The position numbers and the translations under genes are program-made. The notes beneath the pieces are model-generated. The model ran no database searches. It had not been told where the DNA came from and saw only the letters and a program-made list of their open reading frames with translations. DNA of 63,834 bases, filler included, from Reticulomyxa filosa (Eukaryota; Protista; Foraminifera): assembly GCA_000512085.1 (NCBI GenBank). It is 19 parts of 19 records of this genome, joined end to end, with 100 filler letters (N's around TTAATTAATTAA, not from the genome) between each part and the next. Parts side by side here need not be neighbours in the genome. Positions count along the whole stretch, not along the records: positions 49,701 to 58,066 come from ASPP01019555.1; positions 58,167 to 59,934 come from ASPP01019592.1; positions 60,035 to 62,342 come from ASPP01044854.1; positions 62,443 to 63,834 come from ASPP01015116.1; 15 more parts are not named here. One strand, given 5' to 3'. Below are positions 50,248 through 63,729 of this stretch, piece after piece. Numbering within the stretch: the stretch's first letter is position 1; each line of letters opens with the position of its first letter.

Positions 50248-51855
50248 ATGTGGGGCCTGCTTTGTCCGAACTTGGTGGAAAAAAACATCCATAAATCCCA
50301 ACAATGGTATCATTTGGAAGTGACTGTTCCGCAGGTATTGGATATTTTTTTAAATGTGCTGGGCCGATGCAGCTCTTGCCGGCTTTGCATTTTTGTTCGT
50401 GATGGTCGTTGCGGAACCGGTGTCTTATTTTTTTTGCAAGTAAGTTAGACGGAGCAGTGAAGGAGCAGTCCAAAAAAAAAAAAAGGGGATCGCAAATACA
50501 GTTAATGAAATGAACAAAACAGAGCATACCGTGGGTTATCCCCAGTAGAAAAACGTGACTGGAACCTAGAACTTAGCAAATTCGTATTGTCATTTGTATC
50601 TTTATACGGTTCACAATATATATTATTCAACCACAACTGGTATCTGGACCACCCAAAATCGCGAGAGACAGTGGCATATCCACCTGCCTTAGACTTTTTC
50701 TGTTTCGAGAACATCTATCCTTTTGGCGTTTTGTATTCGTCTATGCGTGTGTTGTGCTTTTTATTATGTATTCATTTATTTTTTTTTATTTGTTACTATT
50801 ATTATTTTTTTTTTTTAAATTATTTGCGTAGCGTTGCATGCAGAAAATGAGCAAAGGGGGAGGGAACCATAAAAGAGGGAGGGGACCATAAAAGAGGGAG
50901 GGAGAGTGGGTCGGGAGATATGCCGATCACGCAATTTCGGAAAGGATGAAATTTGCAAAAAAAAAAAAAAAAAAAGTGCCATGGATGGTAGGATATAACT
51001 TTGGGTGCGTTTTGTACGTTGTGGTGGGGGTGTGTCGACGTGATGCGGACGTGGTGATTCCGGACGCAACACCTCATGTTTTCAACATCATTTTTTACGC
51101 AACGTTGTTGGAAAGCAAGGCATTTGGAATGATGGGTGCCTTTCAAATCTTGCTCGAGTCTGGTCACATCTTCAATGCTCCGTTAGCGCTTTTGGGTCAT
51201 TTGCGTAAAATTGATACCACTTATTATTTTGTCTTAGAGTTTAGAGGGGTACAAGAAGGAGACCAAAAACGAAGAGAAACAGTTGTTTATTTATTTTTGA
51301 TGAGTCAGCATTTTTAAACTTTTTTTGTTTGTTTTTATTGTAAACTTTCAATAAATAAATAAATAAAATAGTTGGATAGCAACATTTTTTCGACCAATTT
51401 TGTTAGTGTTTAGTGGACCTTATTCGATGGCGATATTAATCTATCATTCGTATTTAATGAAGAAATATACTTGGTTTGTGTGGCTAGTGATATGGGGACA
51501 AATCGCAGTAAATGTGGCCTTTTTGGTGACGGAAATGTGGTGGTGGGGTTATAAAATCTATTGCTATTGGAAAAACAAAGACCCTGAGGATCTCAAAAGA
51601 TATTGGAAAGATATTGCAAACCAATGGGACACGAACAATCCAGTCACTGTCAAAGAGCGACAAAACAAAGGCTATCGCTTTCTCAAACAAATTGAAAGCT
51701 TGTCTGACAAGTCTGGCGAAAGCGGTTTAAAAAAAAGAAAAAATGCCAAAAAAAATAAAAATAACGAAGAAGTCAAATCTTTGAAAGAAGAGAGCAAGGA
51801 GAAGGTACCCGATGATGATGAATTTGATGACGTGGAATTAGAACCACCACAATAA
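50248..51855 (+). CDS. TLC (TRAM/LAG1/CLN8)-domain-like membrane protein, multi-exon
   Basis: YRGLSPVEKRDWN..SKFVLSFVSLYG, ILLESGHIFN and EMWWWGYKIY fit the layout of TLC domains. Lys/Glu-rich tail. The start and some frames are uncertain. Confidence 0.5.
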
Positions 51856-52516
51856 ACAAAACAACGAAATATTCTTCGAAAATCAAATATTGAAAATAAA
51901 ATAAAAATAATAAAAAAAAAGAGAAGGATTAAGAAAATTTAATTACAAATTTAAGAGCGTTGATCCCACAATGAAAATATAAACAAAAAATTGAAGGAAG
52001 CTTTCTTCTGTTATTCCACCTTTTTTTGTAGTAAAAATTTTGTTGGCTAATCCTTGTGACACATTGTTTTATTTTTTTTTATTTCAGTCATTTTTCTGCT
52101 TCTCTTTTCTGCTGGCTCATTTGCTGGCACCTTGAAAATTGAGCCGGCGAGTGACTGCAGTGAAGAACAAAATGTTCTCTTACTATCATCTTTCTGTTGG
52201 GTTTGTCCAACAACAAGTCCAAAAGCTCAGACAAATTGAACCTTTTTTTACAAGCGACAGTGGAAAAATATGTACGTATAACAAATGTGCTGGATGACAA
52301 AAACTAACGCACGTACATAATAATTAAACAAACTCATGCAAACATCAAATCACTTGGGACAATTGAATAAAATTAGAAATTTTTTTTTAAATGCCGATTA
52401 GAATGTTAGAAATTTTTTGCGTGCATTGATAGCATTTGATAAGTGAGAATGTTATACCAACAACATTATTACATATTTTTACAAAAAAAGGAAAGACTTT
52501 CCACTGACAGAAAAGT

Positions 52517-53968
52517 TTATTCAACTCCATACACTTCAAATGAGATGATAGAAAAGTTATCTGAAGTGAGTGGAGGACTAGCAAACGTATTACACTTTGT
52601 CGTCCGCCCTAAACAAAAATCTGCGTTAATGTACAGAGCAGGAGTACCCCCTTCGCCGATGATGATTCCATTGTAGTCCGAATGTGCGTAAAAGCGGTTA
52701 TAACCAGTCGACTTGTACACACAAAGTTTGTCTTGTTCATCGAAGTGCCACACAAAACAATCGACGGATCCTCCATATTCAGGCACATTTCTCCAAAAGG
52801 TATCAACAAAAGCTCCAAAGACATGGCCTTGTTCGTCTTTCACAAGGAGAATAGATTGGACTGTGTTTTTACAGTTTTCAAAAAAAGTGACAAGGCTACT
52901 CCCATCTTTTTGAAGAGAATAACACAATTTCCAATTCCACAACTCGGCATATCCAGGGCAGTTTGCGATCACTTGTGTCAGCTGCCGTGTTGTGCATATT
53001 GACGATATCGAAATATCCAAAGTGCAGCTGTTTCTACTTTGAATTTTTTTGGTATTTATTCGGATTGATTTCGCACCCGACTTTGTTGTCGTTTGTTTGC
53101 TTACGTTTGAGTCGTGACAACTTTTTGTGTTATTTTTATTCTTTTGCAAAAAATTATAAATTGCAATTAAATTTGCATTTTCTTCAATGCTTGTTGCTTC
53201 AAACAAATTCAAAGAGTTGTTGCTCACCAAAATTTTAAGTATATTCGTTTGGGAGCCTTCTTTTTTGTTTTCAAGACTAATATATTCTAACGCGAGTATG
53301 TCGCTTATATTATGTTCAACAGCAGAGTCAATTTTATTATCAGAATCATTTGGTTGAAAGTATAAATGGGTTGCTGATACTTTCAGTTGGCCAACGCTGT
53401 GCAGATATTTATCCACTCGAACTACGGAGGCCCTTTTTCCTGCTGGCTCTGATAAGTTAACGTCGGAAGAGGTACAAAACTGTTGTTTACAATATTTTCC
53501 AATCAATTGGTACGCGGTTTGCAATTCTTTGCTATACTGCTCACTTGGAATTTCGAATAAATAAACGACATCGTTTCGCATAAGCAATTTTAACATGTTT
53601 TTTTCTTGTGTATTTTTATGGCTCCCGGTACTTGCGTACTCACACATTATAATATCGTTGAGCATAGATTCAATAGCGACATTAATATGCTTTTCTTCCT
53701 CTGTGGCTCGATTTTTTTCATTCTTTAAGTCTCGAGTGAAAGTCAGTTGTGTGGGGGAAATGCTAAGTATCCCTGGTTCCTTCAAATAACTGTCAGCTCG
53801 AATAACTTTTATGCTTTTAGTATTGCATTCACGATCTGTTGTACAAGTCTCGGTTTCAAAATTTTGACTTTTATCTTGCAATTCATCGATAATCAGAAGT
53901 GATTTTACTTGCGTGTTCTTTTTAAACTCCATTATTTGTTTGTTTCTTATAATTTTAGGGCTGAACAC
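52517..53968 (-). CDS. TLDc-domain protein (OXR1/NCOA7-like) with two N-terminal PH/GRAM-like repeats; intronless
   Basis: C-terminal TLDc: WKLCYSLQKDGSSLVTFF..SILLVKDEQGHVFGAF..YGGSVDCFVW..IIIGEGG.PALYINADF..G.T.KCNTFASPPL..FEVYG. Confidence 0.9.
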   Translation of the reverse strand: MFSPKIIRNKQIMEFKKNTQVKSLLIIDELQDKSQNFETETCTTDRECNTKSIKVIRADSYLKEPGILSISPTQLTFTRDLKNEKNRATEEEKHINVAIESMLNDIIMCEYASTGSHKNTQEKNMLKLLMRNDVVYLFEIPSEQYSKELQTAYQLIGKYCKQQFCTSSDVNLSEPAGKRASVVRVDKYLHSVGQLKVSATHLYFQPNDSDNKIDSAVEHNISDILALEYISLENKKEGSQTNILKILVSNNSLNLFEATSIEENANLIAIYNFLQKNKNNTKSCHDSNVSKQTTTKSGAKSIRINTKKIQSRNSCTLDISISSICTTRQLTQVIANCPGYAELWNWKLCYSLQKDGSSLVTFFENCKNTVQSILLVKDEQGHVFGAFVDTFWRNVPEYGGSVDCFVWHFDEQDKLCVYKSTGYNRFYAHSDYNGIIIGEGGTPALYINADFCLGRTTKCNTFASPPLTSDNFSIISFEVYGVE

Positions 53969-54236
53969 GCCTTAAGATTGGAGAGCTCAGCATTAACTCT
54001 ATTTTGTAATAGTAGAACAAGCGACTGCCAAAAGAAAATAAAAAGTACGTTGTCAAGCAAATTTTTTAAAAGTAAATGTAGTTTGTGATATCAAACAACG
54101 TCTTTTGTATCATAACTAAGCAATTTTTTATTTTTTTCACTGTTTTTGGTACTTGAAAGAGATAAAACTGTTTTTCTTCAAGGAGGAGTTTTTAATATCG
54201 AACATTCTGTATTTCTTGGTGATCAATTTCGGAGTA

Positions 54237-55500
54237 ATGGAGGCGCTTAAAACAAAAAAACAAGAAGTGGAGCAAAAATATGACAAAACTCTCGATACTG
54301 GTAACAACATGACTACGAGTGGCCAAAAAAACCGAAAGGGTGAATTACCAGACCCTTTGGAAATGAACAAACAATTTCTTTTTAATCTATTGCAATCTGA
54401 TGTTAATTATTTTTTTATTTATTTGTGTACAAAAATGATTGAGGATCGAAAAAACATAGGCATATGATAGCATATACATATATACATATATGTGTGGATA
54501 CATGTGTACATATACAAATATGTAGAGATTAGGTTGGTATTACCACAAGAACCATAAGAACTGGGAAATTGTGTATTTGGTAGAAAAGTGGAAAAGTGAC
54601 GAAGGAAAATATATCGTATTGACACCTGAGAGTTACTATTTGATCGTTGATAGGAACGAAATATTGCATATGCCACCGGTGGACACTTTGACAGTTCACG
54701 AAAGTATTCAAAAATTGCTTCGCGCCTTGCTTTTGAAATTTCAAGAAACTGCAGTTTGTGATTCATTTATATTTTATTTTTTTTTTGTCGGAGGAGAGAG
54801 AGACAGCAAGGGGGCGCACACATATGCACATAATATAAATATATATATATGTACATATGTTTATATAAACACACAAAAAAAAAAAAAAAAAAAATTTGAT
54901 TGGTTTGTGTGATGAAATCAATAATGACCCCTTTGCGAACAAACGAACAAACGAACAAACAAACAAAAAATATCAAAATGCAATGGACGGTAAAAGCTAT
55001 ACAAAAACAAGGAAGTGATGTGTGAGTATCAATCCATGTCGTTCTTCGGATATCCTACGTGTCACTTCCAACTGTCTAAAATCGATGACTACCACATCAA
55101 TAATAACACCGTCGACGGAGTCTGGGTCAGTCCATTGGGAGAGACTTCCAACACCGACTCGCCATACAAAAAATTACAATATCAAAAAGTAATTGTTGCA
55201 TTGCAAACTTTTATGCATTGGCATAAGTGCTCGTGTCATAAACAACAAACAATATGAAAAGAACAAATAAATATAAATATATAATATATACATATATTAT
55301 ATATTTATATTTATTTATTTGTTTATTTTCATACTTTTTTTTTTTTTTTTTTTTTTGTGTGTAAAAAATATACGGTTAGAATGTGTTGGCATTTAGTTTA
55401 ACGATCGAACTGGTGAAGAAGTTGCATTTGAAGTGCCACTAAGAAGCAAAACATGGAAGTGCAAAAGCGGCAATGGTACCGTGAATTGAATCGTTTGCAA
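54237..55500 (+). CDS. Hypothetical protein (multi-exon; boundaries uncertain)
   Basis: Coding-like exons MEALKTKKQEVEQKY..., LVEKWKSDEGKYIVLTPESYYLI..., MSFFGYPTCHFQLSKIDDY..., separated by microsatellite introns. Confidence 0.4.
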
Positions 55501-55865
55501 TGGGTATGTATGTGTATGCGTTTGCTTGCTGTACCGATTGCGATTGTCTTTTTTTTTTAAAAAAAAAAACACTCGCCCTCTCTGATATTTCCTATGCACA
55601 CTTTTTTTTTTTTTTTTAAAACAAAAAACTACTATTGGCTCATTAGAAACAAAAAAAAAAAAAAAACTAAAAAATGATTTGAAATAAATGGATATAGGAA
55701 AACCAACAATTGCAAGAAAAATTAGGTCACACCTTCAGTTATATATATATATATATATCTTCTTACTAATGACCAACAAACAAAGAAAAAAAAGAGAGAG
55801 AAGATTTGCATCTTTGGGAATGATTTATTTGTTTGTTGAACTTTGTGCTTTTCAATGGAAAGAAC

Positions 55866-58000
55866 ATGGAATTAGAAAGACTACGTTCCAACGCAGCGCA
55901 GAAAGAAAAACTGGAGGCGTGGGTTCGCCACGCGGACGCGCGACTAGCGAACCAGGAGGCGGAGGTGGAGCGGCTGAACCAGCTGGACACGGTGCGCACG
56001 GAGGAGATCCAGCAACTGCGACAAGAAATGGAGGAATTGAAGAGTGGCATTAAAGCAAAGGACAAAAGCAAAGCAAAGGACGCCGACGCAGCCGCAGCCG
56101 CAGCCCAAAGCCAAAAGAAATTGGGCGCACCCACCGTCCACGGAACGAGTGAAGTAGGATCGCCGTTGAACAGCATCAAAGAGACCGGAGACACGGAAGA
56201 CGAAGAGTCGTCCAATGCACGTGAACAGCGCGCACCCAATGATAACGAAGAAGAAGTTTTGTATATTTTATGTAGAGCAATTTGTGCATGGGTTTAGACA
56301 ATAGAATTTCAAATATCAAAAATCAAACATTTATATATATACATATATATATATATATGTATATATATAAATGTTTGACTTATGCTCCAATGATATCCCT
56401 TCTACTCTCCTCCCATCTTTTTCAAAGCGACCCACGGTATCCAATTTGCAACGACGCCTGACTCGCACGCTGAGCAATTGCGAAACGCTCGAGGAATCCA
56501 TAGTTCGTTACGAGGCGCACATCGACGAAATGAAGGTGGTAATGAAGAAGCAACAGGAGGGAAATCGACGACTTTCGCAAGGAGGCCGACGTCGCGAAGG
56601 AACACGCGCGCAAAGTGTCGGTGTCGATGGACGAGTCGCAGACGGCGTTCACTCGGTCGGTGGTCAATGTGTCGCGGCTGAAAGAAGAGCTAAGCGAACT
56701 CAAACAGAAAAACTCATTACTGCAACAAAAACTAGCCGAGTTTGAAGCCCCGTTCGGTTCTCATCCTTCCAATGACCAAGAAGAAGACTCGCAGGCCAAA
56801 CAGGTCAAGAAACACATTCGGTCGATGACGAGACAGCAAATCGAAGAGGAAATCGAGCGCTACATTGCCAACAACTCCGAGATGCAACAGGAAATCAACA
56901 ACTACCAAGTGGACATGGAATGGTATCGTGTCCAATTGGCCGACAGCACACAAAACCTCGTTCAAAGGGAACACACCTTGGGAGAAAAGGAGCAAGAAAT
57001 GTACAACTTGCGTCGACAGTCGATGCAAGCTACCGAAAGCTTGTCCCAAATGCTCGCCATCGATTCGGAAAATGTCGAGTTGAAAAAAACCATTCAACAA
57101 TTGGAGCATAAACTCAAGTTCAAATATATACATATATGCATATACATAATATATATATGTATATATATATATGTATATGTATATGTGTTTATGTGTATAC
57201 ATATTTATTTGCATACATATTTATTTGCTTATACCTTTGAAATAGCTTCATTTCTCAAGGAACCCCAGAAGCCAAAGGTAATGTCGATTTCAAGAAAAAA
57301 TCACCCTCTGCCAATGACTACGAGGAAGACAACTATAACAATGATAATGATGTTGACAACATCAAAGCATTGAATGCGAAACTCAAAAGACTTGAAGAAG
57401 AAAATCAGGACCTCCAGGAGCAAGTTGAGTTCCAAAGCAAGGAAATCGAAAAATGGATCAAATGGAAAAGGAAATTACCATTCTGAAGGAACAACTCTCC
57501 ATGCTTCAAAGTGGACAAGCCACTTTGAACAAAAAAAGAGTATTTTATGTAAGTGAAACACACAACACATAACATATACATATACATATATATGTGTGTT
57601 GTATTCCAAATAAGTGAATGAATAAAAAAGATGGACAATGTTGTGTTTGTAATGTACGAACAACGATGACACAAGTGCAAGTAGGCGAAAACGAACTTTC
57701 GGAACAGCTTCGCAAAATGAGCCGACAAGAGTTGGAGACAGACTTGGTAGATCTCCGCGAACAAATTGAAGCGTACGAAGTCGACTTGAGCAACTTGCGA
57801 GTGGAGTTGGCGGATCACGTCCAGTTGTTGGACGAAGAGTCGAAAGAGCGAGTCCACGAAACCGAAAAATTGAAAAATTTGTCTGTCATGACCAACAGTA
57901 CCATCGATAAATATGCAATAGCTCAAAATGAAAATGAGCGGCTCAAACAGCAACTCGAGATGATCAAGTTTTTTTTTTTCTCTCTCTCTCTCTCTTTCAT
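55866..58000 (+). CDS. Long coiled-coil protein, multi-exon, 3'-partial
   Basis: ORFs 55833, 56371, 56615, 57374-region and 57618 encode E/Q/K/L heptad-rich sequence, in higher-GC exons separated by (TA)n introns. Confidence 0.65.
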
Positions 58001-58023
58001 TGAACAAATTAAGTAACTCAGCA

Positions 58024-58063
<40 letters not shown>

Positions 58064-60034
58064 AAANNNNNNNNNNNNNNNNNNNNNNNNNNNNNNNNNN
58101 NNNNNNNNNNTTAATTAATTAANNNNNNNNNNNNNNNNNNNNNNNNNNNNNNNNNNNNNNNNNNNNTTGCGTTTTAAGTGACGTACAATTTGAAAAAAAT
58201 TGAAGGTCCATATCGTGTAATATGATTCATAATGGATTGAAAGTGGTGAACTGATTATCGTGATTATGTGCGCAGCATACATTCCAAGTTATAATGTTTT
58301 CTTACAATGTCATTGGAAAATAGTTGAAACATGTACGATCAACACATGCATATAACATAGGTCTTCAAAAATACAACCATGTATATCAAGCAATTGGAAA
58401 GGGGGCTGAGTTGCTAGCAAGAAAAAGTAAAGTGGCTGAAACATTGCCAAATTGGTGGCATATTCGATTACAAGTATTTGATACTTGTCTAAAATTTTTT
58501 GATTGAAAAATTTTTTGTTGTGAATTGTATTTCTTTTGATTGCTTTTTAATAATAATTCCAATTCCTCCTCCAGCACTTGAAATTTTTTATCAAATTATA
58601 GTCATCGTAAAAAATTTTTGAACTTTAATATTTTTAATCTAAAAGAAAGCGTGTAAGACTGCAAAATATGAATTGATTTTGCCACTATTCCTGGTAAAAA
58701 AGACCTCGAGTAGTGTCCTCTTGCCGTCATGTAGGAGCAGACAGAAGAATAACGTACAACAGAAAGGAATGTATGCGATAAAAAGATATTCTTTTTTAAG
58801 TTTTATGATTAAAAAATAAAAAAAGAATCAAAAGCATGGTGAAAGTAGTAATGACATTAATCTGCATCGAACAATAATTTTTCAATTTGCAAATCCCAAT
58901 GTTTGGGAACTTCTTTTCGACAACAAAGTTTGTCATCCACCATTCCTAATCCGAATTACAGCGATTGCAAGCGTATTTAATGTATTCTTGACGTTTCCAT
59001 GTCACAATCGATATAAGAGGTCATGTTTTCATGTTGTGACAATTGATGGAGCAGCTCATTGACTTTTTTTTCATTTCCTTCAAAGGTTTCACTGCGATGA
59101 TGATTGACATATTTCACAATATCGATTTCAAAATTTTTCAGCCTTAAAAAAGCTGAGCAAAGAGGATGATAAGATCAAAGCATCCCAACTTCACAATTGT
59201 GTCAAGTGGTGCATGAAGACTCAATCAATTTTCTACAATAATCCAATTTTTGTTAAACCGATTTCTTTTCTTCCTGGTGTCACGTGATATATTCTTTGTT
59301 TTCGATACGCTTGAGATCAGAATCAGCACTTGTTTCATCACTCAGAATCCATGACATTATTTCTTAATTTTTTACAAACCTTTTTTTTTTTTTGTTTTCC
59401 CCCTTGCAATACATGATCAACGTTAACAGATTTTTAGTGTTGTATATGATCACAATGAAGAAAAATATATTATGCACTACTGACCGATATTGGCCTAATT
59501 CAATGAGCAATTCATCGATTTCATCATCACCAATATATATATAATTGGGGCACATTGTTAGTGAGAAGCTTGGTTGCATGTGCGGAGACAATGCATTGAC
59601 GTTAGAGCAGCAGGCGTAAATGTTATTTTGAATACATTTGTGCAAATCTGGGATTATTTCCAAAAATGTGTTCATCAGTTCACTTTTACCAACGCTTTTG
59701 AAGGTGTTGCGACGAGCTCAAACAGCCTTAACAATGGGGGACGTACACATCAATTTCAACTTCTAGCATCGCTCCAATCCCGAAAGGGTTCACCTTGCTG
59801 CACATAGCATTGTTCCGTACCGTACACATCGTGATGAATGACACTGTTATTATTTTTCTGCAGCTCATTCCATGACTCCAGCGTAAGGCACGCCTTAAAA
59901 GTCCTATACGTGCGATATTCATCTGACCGGGCAANNNNNNNNNNNNNNNNNNNNNNNNNNNNNNNNNNNNNNNNNNNNTTAATTAATTAANNNNNNNNNN
60001 NNNNNNNNNNNNNNNNNNNNNNNNNNNNNNNNNN

Positions 60035-61302
60035 CCATCAAAACTCCAAATATCATCCCAATTCATTCTATTCAATTCTATTCTTTTTTCTTCATCCCAT
60101 TCTTTCAATTTCTTTTCCAATGTTTCTATTTGTGTTTTCATCTTTTTCCATTCCTTTGGAATTTCTATTTTATCCTTATGTCCTTTTTCATCTTCAATCA
60201 TTCTCTCTTTTTCAAATGGAATTATGTATGGTCTTTCCAATTTTATTCTCTTCATTTCTTTTTTTAAATCATATATCTTTGGCATTTTCAATAATTCTGA
60301 TTTTCCAAATAGTTGATCTACATTTACAATCACATGCATTTTCTGTATTTCAGCTTTTGCATTTCGTCCACCAATGACATGAACATTTGTATCATCATTA
60401 CTCAAAATTGCAAAAGATTCATCTATTTCCATTGGCAATATGAATTTGCATTCATTCCATGTTTTCTCTTTCATTGAATATTTGTACATATTCTTTGTTC
60501 TTTGCGATGTGTTACCATTGTATCCTCCAAATAAAAATATAAAATCGTAAAGACACACAAATGAATAAAAAGCAAAACCATTTAAAGCAGGATAAATTGG
60601 TAATTTTTCATAATGAAATGTTTTGTTTTGTTCATCATATTTTATTAATAATCCTGTGTTTTGACAAAACAATATAAAATGATTTATCAATTTTTCATTA
60701 TTCATTGTCAATGGCACAAAACAATGATAAGAAATTCCAAGTATATGATTTCCTTTTGGGATAATATTATCTTTGATTCCAGTCAATGGTTTCATTGTTT
60801 TTAAATCAATTACTTCAATTTTTTTTGGAAAATGTGTAATGAACAATAAATCATTATTCATTCCACCAATCAATCCACGCACTCCTTCTAAATCATCTTC
60901 TAATTTTCCAATGTTAGTGTCTTGATTATGTTTTATCCAAGTATTAAATGATTGATATTCAGATTTGGAGTCACTACTTTCCCATACATTTTTATATTTC
61001 ATTGAAAATGTTTGTTTTATTTTATTTTTATTTTGTCCTCCAAATGATAATAAATGAATTTCATTGGAATTGGTTTGTGAATGAATCAATTGTACAATAC
61101 AGTGTCCGTTGAATTTAGCATCATTAGGATAAGAACAGATATATTTGTATTGTTTTTTCAGAGTATGATACGAGTAACAGTCGTTGAGTTGATAACCTCC
61201 ACAAACAAGGAGTTCATCCTTGAACAAAATACATTGTGGAGTTGTGAATGGCTTGGGTAATTCAGGCAAAGTTTGAAAGATGTTGTTGAGTTGAGTAGAC
61301 AT
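60035..61302 (-). CDS. Kelch-repeat (beta-propeller) protein with C-terminal coiled coil, 3'-partial, intronless in the visible part
   Basis: MSTQLNNIFQTLPELP..QCILFKDELLVCGG..CYSYH, IHLLSFGG, FIFLFGGYNG..MYKYSMKEKTW, VHVIGGRN: Kelch GG/Y/W pattern. Confidence 0.85.
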
Positions 61303-61589
61303 GTTAGATGTACTTTTTTTAAAAAAATGTCCTAATAACCCCTTTTTTTTAAGAACGAATATTTTGATACGATAAATTGACAATCCGCTCAGAAATGATT
61401 GAATGCTAAACAAAATTATAACGGTAAAGAAATAAAAGTATTGGTAGAAGATGAATTATTTTGTTGTGCTGAAGAAAAAAGAAAAAGGGAATTGATTATT
61501 GGAGTCAGGAAGGAGAAGATAAAATCAAACTCAACTGTTGAAATTTAAATGGCAAATGATTTCTTAGTATATTAATTGAAAAACAAAAG

Positions 61590-62300
61590 CAAAAGAAATC
61601 TTTGAAAATGTAAAATGTGTTTTTATGGGACTTATTCCGAGTTGACCAATTACAATCAATGGATTCCTTTCACAGATGATCACAATCATCCAATTCATAT
61701 TCGAAGATATAATGATATTTATCAAGGAGTGCGTGCAGTGATTACTTATTCAATTTATTATCAACTTATTATATTAAATCAGATAATGGAATGAAGAAAA
61801 AATAATAATAAATATGAAATGCTGTTTTGTTTTATTAATTGAATATGATGACGATAACAACGCTCTTCAATTTCGCCAATTATCTATTTTGATAATATTA
61901 CACCATTATCTGAATATGCACATGTATCAATGATGTCATCTTGTTCTTTGGTGAAGATAGTTGTAAAGATAATAAGAGTGTTATTTCAAAATCAGTGTAC
62001 AAATGGATGACATTACCTAATCCATTTTATTCGTGTGTTGTAATATTGAGTGAAGATAACACGTATGTGTATATTATTGGAGAATCGGATAGACTAATGT
62101 TGAGCATTGCTTTGTAATTGACAAATAAAATTCATTTTAGGTTTTTTAAACAAAAAATAGGAAAAAAACAACTGGAAAATCAAAGAGATAATTGAAATAT
62201 TTAAAACAATGTCAAATGAACAATTTGGGCATGATTATTGAACGAATGTAAACGGAAACAATGATAAATTATATCGAATTGATAATAAGTGCAAAATTGT
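61590..62300 (+). pseudogene. Decayed Kelch-family paralog, divergent to the 60035-61302 gene
   Basis: Fragments with stops, e.g. NQWIPFTDDHNHPIHIRRYNDIYQGVRAVI, LLIEYDDDNNALQFRQL, KWMTLPNPF and LSEDNTYVYIIG, which match blocks in the neighbouring Kelch gene. Confidence 0.6.
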
Positions 62301-62442
62301 TTTCTTTTTTTGGAAGAATAAAAAAAGGAATAAAACAATAAANNNNNNNNNNNNNNNNNNNNNNNNNNNNNNNNNNNNNNNNNNNNTTAATTAATTAANN
62401 NNNNNNNNNNNNNNNNNNNNNNNNNNNNNNNNNNNNNNNNNN

Positions 62443-62538
62443 AGGTGCCGTTTTAGGTGTCAGCTTTACTTTGCATTCTACTGTATATAAAAATTTTATA
62501 TTATACAGTAGAGTAAAGTTACACCTAAAACGGCACCT
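62443..62538. repeat. Back-to-back TIR ends of the same family as the 49741 MITE (long imperfect palindrome)
   Basis: AGGTGCCGTTTTAGGTGTCAGCTTTACTTTGCATTCTACTG|TA ... TA|CAGTAGAGTAAAGTTACACCTAAAACGGCACCT. The outer 18 bp are a perfect inverted repeat. Confidence 0.65.
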
Positions 62539-63729
62539 TATAGAGATTATTGGTTTTCTAATGAAAAAACAACATTCAGACTTCATTTTTTTTTTTGAAA
62601 ATTTTTCGAGAAAAGTTGACAATCGTGAATGTGTCGTAACCATGAAATTTGCCAACTTTTTTAAAGAATTTTCAGAAAGTGCTCAACGAGTAGATATTTG
62701 TAAAAAAAAAGATTAGTCTGATATGTTTCGTAGTTTTTGAGAAAACTCATTAAATTTTGCAAAAAAAAATTTTTTTGATAACAAAATATTGTTATTTTTA
62801 AAGTTTGTGCATTGTAAAGACATGATGATTTGACTACTCTTTGCTTGTCTACACTTATCATTGGTTTTTTTCCTTTTTTTGTCCAATACCAAATAAGTCA
62901 AGTTAATTCAAAAGCATAAGAACTAAAAGTTTTTTTTGGTAATTTTTTTTTAGTGAAAATTACCATTTGATTAAATCACCTTTTGCCTTGTATAATGTTC
63001 GTATTTGCTCTAGTATTGATTTTGTTAAGTTTGTGCATGTTCATTTATCATTTTTTTTACATTCTAATTCAATTCGTTTACAAAGTTCTTTTAATCATTT
63101 TTGTATATTTTGTTTTCAATATCCGTCACAGATTTTCGATCTTATTCAGGTCTGGAAAATTTAGAAGGAAATACAATACTTTGATATTATTTTGTTCAAA
63201 TTATCCTTTTACTTTGACTGTTATGTAGCTGTGGCATTATCTTGCTGAAATATCCAATCTTTATTATATTCTAAACATCAATTAATGCTTCTGAACATTT
63301 TAAATATATGCATTTACGCAACATCAATTTTACATTTTTAACCAGGTCATAACACTCCAAAGCAAGACCACACGAAATTCGCTCTGGTACTTTTAACGAA
63401 AGTCATTTTCTGGTTTCTTCTTAATAAGTTTTCAGTCTTTAACGTCAGCTTCCATTTTCGTGTATATTTATGACTTACACTAAATTTTTTTGCAACGTTG
63501 CGCAAATAACACGCCATCTGTTAATTTTCAAAAAAAATAAAAATGATTAAAAACTCAAATATCGAACTATACTTAGCTAAAAAAAAACATTTATTAATAC
63601 TAATACATTTATCATTAAATATTTTAATATTATAAAATTTTCTTCAGATTAAACTAAAATAGTTTTAGCATGTAATAATTGTACAATAAAAATTTGGGAT
63701 ATAACATTAAAAAACCAAAATAAATAAAA

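Noticed and set aside
58167-59934. Fragmented minus-strand ORFs (59364-59934 and 58900-59340)
   Set aside because: No recognisable domain and many stops. A BLASTX would be needed.
3585-62442. Regularly recurring TTAATTAATTAA palindrome
   Set aside because: Always embedded in N-runs of fixed 100-bp total length: an artificial contig linker. Gene neighbourhoods across linkers are therefore meaningless.
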